39,366 bases of DNA from Asterionella formosa (Eukaryota): NCBI GenBank assembly GCA_002256025.1, contig NKIB01014953.1, positions 1-39,366 of the forward strand, read 5' to 3'. The notes under the pieces are model-generated. The model searched no databases and was not told the origin of the DNA. It was given only the letters and a program-made list of their open reading frames with translations. Within the stretch, counting starts at the first letter, position 1, and each line of letters opens with the position of its first letter. A program made the position numbers and the translations under genes. Of the stretch, positions 11,642 through 22,600 are shown one piece after another.

Positions 11642-11905
11642 CAATTGCCCATCATATAAAACATTTATTGTAGATTTCATCTGCACGATTTTTGGATTAC
11701 TCAATCCTGCAATTGCCCATCATATGAAACATATTTTGTTTTTTCATATGCTCCATTTTTCGACTGCCAAACTACCTTCAATATTTTCAAGAGCCCCTAG
11801 ATTTTATTGCCGAAATCGACTGCCATTTATTTAGGGGAATTTGATTACTGATATCTATAGCCCCTCAATTGACTGCCGTTTACTTAAGGAAAATCGACTG
11901 CCGAA
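11642..11905 (+). repeat. Cluster of short direct repeats (probable transposon subterminal repeats)
   Basis: CAATTGCCCATCATAT(A/G)AAACAT at 11642 and 11710; GACTGCC at 11762, 11818, 11871 and 11896, and again at 13642. Confidence 0.65.
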
Positions 11906-13877
11906 ATTGGACGAGAGTAGGAGGAGCTACATGGCTGAAGGGACGAAATTATGGTTATCTTTTAAGTGTCGATGGCAATTCCACTATTTTCATCCCTGCT
12001 ATCTTCCAGCATGCTCCGATGTATACAAAATCTGGTCATTGATGTCTCAAGTACTGACTCTTCATCAAATGATCTGGCTGTTTGTTGGATAATTCGATTT
12101 CTTATGGGATTCATATCGTTGCATTGTGCTTGCTTCGTCACAGTGGCGCCAAAATTTCGGTTCCCCTTTCTGTTGATTTCCGATAGCCTTTCCGGTCAAC
12201 TCCTTCGCTAGATTTTATATGTAGTGATAAATAAATTAATGATTGTTCAAAAGCAACATCAATCAGTTGTTGAGTATCAAAACTCAAAACATTATGGTAG
12301 GACAAAGTTAGGCTTCCATCTCGTCATTGAACCGGTATTTTTGTCAGATATGATCAGCCGTTAAATTATAACTATAATTTTGTAGTATGTTTTCTACATG
12401 TCCTACACTATCTCAAATCAGATCTCGGCAGCCTTCTTTTAGTGCTTACGTGTTGGCTTTTTTTCCGCTGCCCTACAATAGCATTGTTTCATTGCTTTCT
12501 AATCACAATATTACTTTTGTTACTTCTGCAAAATATTCTACAATGACAAACGAAAAGTCGTCAATCTCAATGAGCTATCGCAAACTCCGCGAAGCAGCCG
12601 GAACATGATGGAACTGGTGTTCTGAATTAACTCATATTCAACAAGGAAGAGAGGACAGGTATGTGCTTGTTGATTGTTGTTGTCATATTTGAGTTCCCGC
12701 CATGGTCGAGTATACTAATTATGAAACATATTTCTTCCTCTTCAGAACGTTGATAAAGGCTATTGTCATGCTACTCTTCCACTTCCTGAAGATGCAACAA
12801 ATCAGTATCCACTGGTCAAACCAGCTTGTCCAATGAGTTGAAATATGTTGCCAGCAGTTGATTGTTGTTTTACGAGGTATAATTTACACACACTAACATT
12901 ATTCTTTTCCTGTTTCCCAATGCTAGTAAGCCACTTTTATCGAAACTCACATGAAGATTGCAAAGTCTCCAGGTCGCAAACAATGTGGGCAACGTATCTC
13001 GCCAACACTAACAACATATCACTCCATTGCTCCCTATCAAGCTAATCAAAACTGTCCTCCTCAATTTTCCAATTCACAAACGTCCACATCAGCCAGTAAA
13101 TTTTCGACACATTCTGCTCCTCCTCCTGCTGGATACTGCCAGAATACTGCACCGCCAGCACCAAGAAACCTCCGCTATCAAGCTGTTGCTCTGCAACCAC
13201 AAGTCCAAATCAATTCAGAAACCATCATTGCCTCTTAATCCATTCAGGCATCGGTTTCTGCTCCTCCAGGCCCGATCTGAAAAATTTTGAAATTTCGTTG
13301 CAACAACAAAAAGTGTGAGTTGACAATTGTTAATGAATATGCGTTGACAAAATTTCACACGATTTTTCCGCTGACCCATTTTCTTTTTCACTCTTTACTC
13401 TACTCCCTGCTTGTCATTTTCACGTCTTACCTTTCGATTTCGTTTTCATACTTTGGTTGCTTAACAACATCATGTCGAATTTTCGATGCTTGTTACAATC
13501 ATTCGTGTGTGACTATTTTCATGCATATACCGGTACTGCTATATTCAGTGGTCCATGCATTTTTGATGTGTCCGACCTTTCTCCCATGAAAATTCCACTC
13601 CTGACGTTGCTCGATGGTCCCTGCTGCTCAAACCTAAAATTGACTGCCGAAAAATCCAATGTGCCCCATATTGCCCTAGTATGTCACCTTGAAACATGCA
13701 GCAAAAAGTGAAACTTGACATAAAAATAGGAAAAAGATATTTCATCCCCCTATTTCGATATTTCGTCCTCCCCCTCTTTTGATAAACCCTTAAACCCTAG
13801 CCAACGAGTACATAGCCTTCATATAAACCACCAATATTTTTTGCTACACGGAAATCAGTTGGCTCGATGACACTACC

Positions 13878-14609
13878 ATGACGGCTGCTAGTCATACACA
13901 TGCGAATCATTCTAGTGTTCGAATTGACTCTGATGGCCTCAAACAAAGCTGTCGGAGCCTATTGAGGACAATACGGAGGAGGGACTGGACGACCCTATAC
14001 AGCCGTTCTAAAGCGCTGTAATTCGATGATAAAGAGCGCATTTGCGCACTTGATCGATCACTCATCAACCCTCAGCATACATGATGTCAAGGCGAGATTA
14101 TTGTGGACCTCATCATCTACTACGCTGGCTTCCATAAAAACGCATCTAGTTGCGATGCAGAAAACAAAGGAGAATTTGACTGCGACTCTGACGATGGAGA
14201 AGTTGACCATGATGCTGAAATGAATGAATTGGTGTCTTTTGAAAACAAGGTGCTGGATTTTATAGATCCCAAAGTCCCGAGATTCACTATACTTAAAGGA
14301 GTTGAAGCCGTTGCATGGTTGAAGAAAAGATTTGAGGGAAACAAGAACATTCAGGAAAATGTTGATCATGACAAACTGACTAATCGAAGGGACATTTACA
14401 AGTTCGATGGGATCTTATCGATGAAAGTGACTGATGAAGTTGACAGGGACTTTGAAGGTGAAAGTGATAGTGATGAAGATGACAGTGACAACTATGGCTT
14501 GGACAGTTCCTCATCATTCCATGATGCCATGACAAATGACATTGTGTACCTACAAGATTCATCCTCATGCTGGGTCCTTCCAGATGCTACTTACTTCACA
14601 GTTGACTAA
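13878..14609 (+). pseudogene. Interrupted acidic ORF of unknown function (two in-frame stops)
   Basis: ATG 13878 is in frame with the 168-aa ORF at 14103-14609. Only TAA 14019-14021 and TGA 14082-14084 interrupt it, each one C>T change from CAA/CGA. The product has Asp/Glu-rich tracts. Confidence 0.45.
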
Positions 14610-16290
14610 AGCTCATCAATGGAAGGGATATGTTATATACACGGAAGTTTGAAGAACAACTGCTTGACACTCTGTGAAGTGAGGAGAAGTAGAACAACGA
14701 CAATTTTATAGAATAGAAGATTCATTGCTGTGGCAATTCGTAATGTTAAATAATGTAGGGGAGGGATAAATAAGTGCTGCTGTTTAAATTTTCCACTTTC
14801 TATTTTAGTATTGCCACGACATAGAGCCGCAGTACCAGGATTAGCCTATTGTTTTCGTTTTGAATACGGCAATTACTTACAGGCTAGGTTGCCACTGCAT
14901 GCTGAATGATGCGACATGAACAGTATAACTAATTAAGAATACATGCATAGATGTATAATCTTCGTCATGTGTGACCGAACATATTTCTGAATGTGATCAA
15001 AGATATTGTTTAGGCTCAGGACAGAACTCATTTCTCTATTGATCTTATGTAATAACTAAATGGTTTCGAGCTCAATGTTCAGCTCATATCAATAAATAAA
15101 AATATTTGTTTGATTGGTCAAAATTTGGATGTTAAAGATTCACAATGTCATCACCTCATTTTGATGTCAAAATGATGTGATTGTTCATGATATCTACTCT
15201 AACGCGAAGTATTGGTGTCAAAATTTTGAAAAAGCAAGGTAGCTACACCACACATACCGGTATACATTTATGAAACATGAATGATCATGTTAAATAAATA
15301 CTCAAACATATTTAATATATTTGTAAATCATTATGTAGAAGCGATTGATTCAAGTTTTGAAACAAACTGGCATGGCTGGTCATGAAGAGCAAGAAGGAGG
15401 CGGGAGTGTGAATCATTTTATTTCAAGAAGTGAAAATTGCAACAATTGTTGGGGTTTGTTGTTGTTTGGTGTATTCGTTGCTCCAGAAGCACTGCGACTT
15501 GCTCATGTATCCTAATGTTGTGCGTTGTTCTCCACTTATCATGATGTGCGTGATGCAAAAAAGCCTACTTATGGGCCACAGCATGATAAAACAGCAATTC
15601 ATATTTGCCTTTGTTGAAAGAAGAAGATGACTATTGACAATGATATGGTATAGAAATTTTTGCAAAATTGAATTCATCTATTGTCACTGCAAACAAGTGA
15701 GTAATATGGTAGTTTTACTGTTTGATATTTGCCTATGATCGAGTTCTGACTTGTCAGCACAGTCAGTGTCTACTATTGTGAATCAATACTTGATCTTGTT
15801 TCGGCAATTTTCAGGTGCAATGCTTAGGATCAAAGGCGTTCAATGAAATACAAAGTGATTGGATTGTAGGGTAGGAACAAAGAACGCCAATGTAACTCAA
15901 ATCATCGTCAAATACAGATTAATACATAAAGCATAATTATCATCATTTCATTCAAGTTATAATACTAGCAATCGATCTATACATCATATAATCAATATTT
16001 AATAAAAGCGATTCAATTTTTGATGTAACATAAAAGTCTATTTGATATTATGAAATTGTGTATGTGATCAATCATATATATATAGTTATGATCAAACACA
16101 CAAAAAGTTATTGATCAAAAACTTTATATGTATGATCAAAAAAAACTTCATACTGCAATAAGTTTGAGGCAGTTGATAATAAAGAAAAAGTGTTAGGTCT
16201 AGTACGTTTTCCATTCACAGATGCAAATTGTAGTCCTGGCGTTTCTTTGCAGTTCCTCAAACTTGTTTGTTTCTATTTTCATCTTTCCCT

Positions 16291-16621
16291 GCATTACATC
16301 AGTAACCCATACTTTCAAAGTAGGTCAAGAGATCCTGTAATTTAACATTCAAGTCTCATAAAGATAATACCAAGTCTACAGCATGTATATTGTAACAAAA
16401 TGTTCAAGTTGATTCCTGAAAGCATTGCATGTGTTTGACAGATATGCACTATGAGAATCTCATTAACAATATAATTATGTTCGCATTACATCAGTAAACC
16501 ATACTTTCAAAGTAGGTCAAGAGATCCTGTGTACTTCCAATTCATTAACAATATAATTATGTTCGCATTACATCAGTAAACCATACTTTCAAAGTAGGTC
16601 AAGAGATCCTGTGTACTTCCA
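16291..16621. repeat. Triplicated 3' end of the Rav1/DMXL-like gene
   Basis: Identical 80-bp copies at 16460-16539 and 16542-16621 (period 82), plus a 48-bp copy at 16291-16338 with one mismatch. Confidence 0.95.
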
Positions 16622-19600
16622 CTCTTCTTTACTTTGTTGTCTTCGTGTGTACCTCCCATTTTACTGAGCTGTTGGATCTTTCGCAAACCAACACTGGGAG
16701 GAAGAATGGTTGCACTTTCGTTATCCTGTGTGGGCAAGCACATGAGCTCAAACCTAAGCGTCAATCGAATGCGAGCAAACCAATGAATACCATGCTTTTC
16801 GGATCTCAAGGGTACCCACTCTTCAATCTGGCCTCCAGTAGTGAGTGAGTCAAGTTTAACATCTGCACCACCAAGAGTTATATCACTCATGAATTTTTTC
16901 TCATAGACTGAAATTTGCAGCATGCTGGGTGGTCCCTTGAACAAAGCCTCCCTGTCTCCATCCAGACTGACACCATCGCAATTGACATCCTCGGGTAGGG
17001 GGAAACGGAAGCGGACTAAGCTTCCCCATGATGCTGGAGCATTAGGTCCAGCGTGTACGCTCTTTCCGACCTTGACTGGTAGAGTAGCCGAGCTATCGAG
17101 TGTCCTTGCTTTGTGTGATAGGGGGGCACTTGAACCCGGCCTTTTCAGTCTCAACAACGCATACACAGAAAGAGATGTTCCTCCAGGCGCATTTAAATTC
17201 TTCAGATCTAATAGTTCTACTTGCACCAGGGCCATGAATCGTTGCGGCATATGAAGTCTTCGAAACAAGTCATTCCTGTAGAGATGTTGGCGAATGCTGT
17301 TGGAAAAAGGTGAAGGTTCTGACACTGTGCCCTGGTACATCTGTAGGTCACCACCCGCGTCTCGTTCCCAAGGAGCATGAACCGAGGCAATTGCCTTTGT
17401 GAGCCTTATTCCTCCTTTGGAATTGGTCCATAATCCTAGTAAGTGGATGCCACCAAGTTTTCGCAAACTGCCCTCACACGAGCTTGCTACAGAACTAACA
17501 CTGAAAGAAAAATAGTGCTCACGGCCCAGTGATGCGCCCAGGGTTTCTCCTTCGCGACTTTCCAGGGCTTCAACTTCCCATGGATCCACAAAACGATAGC
17601 AGACATGCTCCTCTTCCTTTCCAAGCTTTGACTGGTTAGTAAATGATTTCAAGGAAAGGTCACTAAGAGCGATGGGCTCAATAACCCGGCCCTTCTCTGT
17701 GCGCTTTAGTGTCGCAAGTGCGTCGTCCATGTCTCTCTCCTTGCCACTGGAAATCAGCCATTTTATAGCGTCGCGTTTACTGAAGAGCACGATCATTGCA
17801 CTGTCGCCGCCTTCGCCAACTCGAAGAGTTCTAAACTCCACTCCAGATTCTGGTTGAATCATGCTTCGAATCATAGAGTCTCCTCCATCGATCAAACCAC
17901 CCGATGATGGGGGAGCACATTCAATGGCGGTTTCAGAGGCTGACAAAGTTACAGGAAGTTTCCCAGTATCAGCTGAAATTTCTTTGACAGAGGGCGCAAT
18001 GTCAAATACTGTCAGAGTTTCAAGCACACGACACCAAACAAGAAAAGGCCTCAAAATCCGATTGGAAACAGCGTAATGCTCCTCAATCCCATTGATACAC
18101 GGTGAGGCAGCCGTACTATCAACAGAGACTTGCTCCTCCAACGTTTTATCGATTTGAGCAATCGGGGGTACATCCAATGATCTCTGTGCTTCCGGTATGT
18201 CTACGTCTTGAGCTGCCGCGATCCCACTCAGTTGCTTTCTAATCTCAGTTAGCGTCAAGAGTTGGCAGAATATTCCCAATCTGTTTAGTTGATCTCTATC
18301 GCGACCTTTTGTATCTGAAGCTGTATCGTCTGCTGGCAATCCTGTGGTTTCGATGAATTGGCCATTATCTCTGTTCCAACGCATAGCTTCTGAATGAGAT
18401 GTCAAGGCAAACTTTCGGAGAAACACTCCATTAGGTGAAGGTTGGGCACATTCTTCTTTCATGATTCCATACAGTGGAGGCTTATCAAACAGCAAGTCAA
18501 ATGGTAGTGAAGCAGAAACGGCTTCCAAAAGTTTCAACAAAGAGGCAAAAGGACCGAAAGATCCGCATCTGAAGCCAGCATCTGAAAGTCGAATAATGGC
18601 ATGCTGAACAACATCGTCCTTTCTTATTGTGTTCGCATTTCCTAATGGTTTTGCTTCCTGCGTTGCTTCGTCAGTTGATACTTCCTTTGTTTCAGAGTCC
18701 ACACTATCTTGGAAGTCGCTGGGATCCACGGCAGGGGTTAGATTTGTTTTAAAGCTGAGCGTGAACACACCGTTATCCTCGGTATGAGGCCGAATGATGA
18801 AACTCCCAGGGGACAGTTCTTTTAACATCTTCGTTGCTTCTTCCCGTCGACAATCCACCAGAAATTCCCACCCTCCACTACTCGAGCCAGTCGCTATAGC
18901 ATTACTTTTGGGAGTGCGGTTGTCCATTCCAGAGAGCATCTTCATACTGCTCCACAATTGCCGCCCATATTGGTGATCAATTTCGCAATCGGGTTCGCAA
19001 CGAATTACTGCTTCGAGGCAATCATGGTTGCGACTCCAACTGGCAATTATAAAACCGATTCGGACTGCGATTGTGGTTTCCTTTAAAACGAGGGACGAGA
19101 GGGGGATTGCCCCTCCTCGGTGCAGCCACAGACACAGCTCTAGTTGCCAGCTGACGCGAACACAAAGCCTCCTCAAGTATTGACTGGAGCAATGTTGCAC
19201 GCTTTGCCTATGGTCCACCAAATCATCGTTCGCGAGAGCCATGGCTTCACACCGGTCAATCAGTCCAATTGCTGCATCGCGAACAACATCCTCAGCTAGG
19301 TCTGATCTATCCATAACAGAATGGAGCAAAACGCAGAAAACGATGCAAGCTGGTTGAGCCTTGCTATCAAGTAGACGTAACGCTTGTTCCACCACAAGCG
19401 AAACGTCAAGCTCAAACGACGAACATAGGCTTTCCACCAAGGATCTCACACTGGCGACGACGCTCTCACCATTACATGTGGTGCGTAAAATCTCGGATGC
19501 ACGCGACGGAATGAGAGGATGGTGGTAATTGCAGAAAATACTTATCGGCAAATCACGAGCATCCCCATGAAAGAGTGAAACGACCGTTGTTAGCTCTCGT

Positions 19601-22600
19601 ATCAAACGACGAGCAGCAGACACAACCAAAACGCAATCTCGTAATTCACGCCAAAGTAGAGGAATTGGTTGAGGAGCAATATCCTGCTCTCCTTCTGATT
19701 CTTCCGCCATCGTCGCGGTACTTGATTCTTTAGGTGCGATATGATCTGTCCCATCAAGAGCAGTGGATATAGGAACAGCCGACGGATTCAAAACTACAGG
19801 TCCATCAAAGCTAGCGAATATGGACGACGCCATCTCACCAGCTTTTTGGTCGTTTGGATTTGTAGGTCTATCAAAGCTGCCAAAATTAGAAGAGGGCTTG
19901 GGTTTGGGAACATCAAAGCTATCGAAAATAGAAGATTGCATAGAGTCACTAACTGCGACTGCGATACGTGGTTTTGGATTGGGCATGTCGAAGGCGTCAA
20001 AGATTGAGGGTACCTTCTGTGTTGTAGGAAAAAAGCTGTCGAGGTTGTTAGACTGAGTTTGACCACCTGAAATTGACTTTGTATGAGAAATGATCTGCGG
20101 CATATCGTAGCTGTCAAAGATTGAAGGCATTTGTTTCAGTGCTGACACTGGTGGAGCAGGAGGAGGCTTGATCTCAAAAGCATCAAATATGGACGAATCC
20201 TTGTTGACAGGCGTTGAGCTTGCAGAAACACCTTGTTTTTCCGTTTGTTCGTCGCAAACAGTGGAAGAACGGATTTCATCAAAGTCTGATTCACGCGTGT
20301 TCTGAAGGATAGATCTCGCTGACAAAAGCTCGAGTCCACGGTTTTTCAAAGCATCGCCAACCACGAGTGTAGCAGCCCATCTCGATCGGGCACTTGATTG
20401 TATCAGACTTGTAAGTAAGGGCCGTGAGGAGAAGTTTATGATTTCATTGCATTTGGTAATTACTCTACGATTCGCAGAACCAGGGTCAGGTTGATGATGT
20501 GTTGACCCAAAATGGCTGGCGGAAGCAGTAGTTGCCATGGATACTGATTTGTCGAATGATCGAGGGAAAACCACAGCGGATATTTCACCAGCCGGGGAAA
20601 GCCCTGATAGCTGATGAGATGCCTCTTCTCTTCGTCCTAGCCACATTAGCTGAAGCGATATAAAACAAAGGTCTTGGGGAACAGACGGTATTCCTCTCTC
20701 CTTCAGTAATTCACGAGCTCCTGTACTTAGGTTCGGTTTCCAATTGTAGAAGGGTGTCGAATCTATGGGAGGAGCAGTAGGAATCATCTGGCCACCAGTT
20801 GCATATCCGCCACCACCACCCATCATTGAACTGAGATTGAGTCCACCTGGGAAAAATTCTTGTTCTCTATTCTTATTCTTGATCAGATCAATCATTCTGA
20901 GAGCAAGAAATGCAAGATCAAGATCACCCATCTTCGTGATGATGCATTCAATTGCAATCTTTGTCATCGGCGGTTCGGCGAGTAGGAAAAAAGCAACGGC
21001 CTCAACATGTTTTCTCTTACTAAGCAAACTGTAAGCGTTCTTTTCTGCGGCATGCCTACCCCGCTCGCTGGAAAAGTCATATGAGTTGATAAATTTTGAG
21101 AAAGTTCGTCCAGTCATGGATTGGTCAGTAGCCGCAAGATTACGCAAAGTGCGGATGTTTCCAACCATCACGAAGAAGAGAGCGCTCTTCATGATATCCC
21201 GTGTGTCTCGATACTCTTTCTGTCCGATCTCTTCAGTGATCTTGCGCAATTGCTCATCGGACCGGACCCAAAACGGCATCCGGAGCGATCGCGCATTTTC
21301 CCAGGAGAACTTATCGTTCTGTGGACGAAATGACTCAATCAATTGAACCTGGGAGTTGCTAGTCAATGCGGCAAGACACGCGGCAGAGGCAATCGAAGGT
21401 TTCGGTGGAGGCCCAACTGAGTAGAACGAGAAAGTGTTTTTCACTCTCATAGAACCATGAAGCTGATCGTTTATATTTTGTAAACTCATACCGTTTCTCC
21501 TCTGCAGTCCTGTTTCCGACTCTTCGTCGTTCTTAGCACACTCCAGTGCACGAAACAATGCAACGCAAATGAGGGTGTGCTGAGCTGATTCATCGATGTC
21601 CTTGAAATTTGGGGGGTTGGCAACTACTTCACCCAATGCCCAAACAAGCCTGAGCTCATCCACTGTCAGGGTCCGCAGTGGCAGAGGAAGCAACGCTTCT
21701 TGTTCCTGTTCACATGCATCGCTGCCTTCAGGGAGAACAGCCATTGTGAGCTTAAATTCGTTGCTCCTTTTGCCAGATCCTGAGCCATCAGGTCTTGACA
21801 ATAAGCGTCGGCTGGGACATAACAATAATTGAAGCTTACTCAGCGCCGATTGCTTTTCACTGACGGGCTTTTGTGGAGATTTTGAAAGCGAAAGTGAAGC
21901 AATCAACATCGAAGCATTTTCTGTTCCTTCCTCTCTTTTATTAGTAGCCGGTGCTTGGCGAAGTGAATATCCGAAAATTTCAGAAAAGGGGACTATACCG
22001 TGGGGAAGGTCCATGTCAATCGAAGGGTGCTTATTTTCGTCAACACATGTCCAGAGAGATAGCCAAGAGTATAGTGGCGTTATATTCCTCTGCAACGCGA
22101 TACCTGCACCGTACGATTCGGTGCATATTGACGACAAAATGGCATCTGGGTGCCAATCAGATTTGATATGATCGAACTCATCCGACGCTTCACATAGATT
22201 TCGTATTGCACAAGCTAGATGAGGAAACAGATCTGATGGGCTCGGACTCGAACCTTTACCCGTTGATCGGAGGGTCTCGTTAAGATTACTCGACGTTGCA
22301 ACCTCGGAGTATAAAATTTCAAGGACAGGTTGCCAACTTGTACCGGCGCCTGAGCAGCGGAATGCTATCACAGATTCCTTCGTAAAAACAGCAATCAGCG
22401 GGATGGCGTCCAATGGCCGAGAAACAATGAATCTAAAGTCAACGACCTCATTCTGTAGAGTAATCTGAGTTGCTAATTCTGATTTTGAATAGTCTCCATC
22501 TTGGCACTCGCTGTCCGCAAGCCTTGCCGTTGGTAGAGTGGACCAAACTGTTATTCTGCCCTTGTTAGAAGGATCGTCAATAATTGCTGCGGCTAACCCA

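Noticed and set aside
13784..13800. AAACCCT repeats as an interstitial telomere
   Set aside because: Only two imperfect units; too short to call.
16497..16530. ACCATACTTTCA resembling the U3 snoRNA 5' end
   Set aside because: It is the antisense of the codons for FESMV, and no U3 boxes B, C or D follow.
16291..16621. Repeats as a CRISPR array
   Set aside because: Units are 48-80 bp copies of a gene's own 3' end, with no unique regular spacers, no cas genes and a eukaryotic context.
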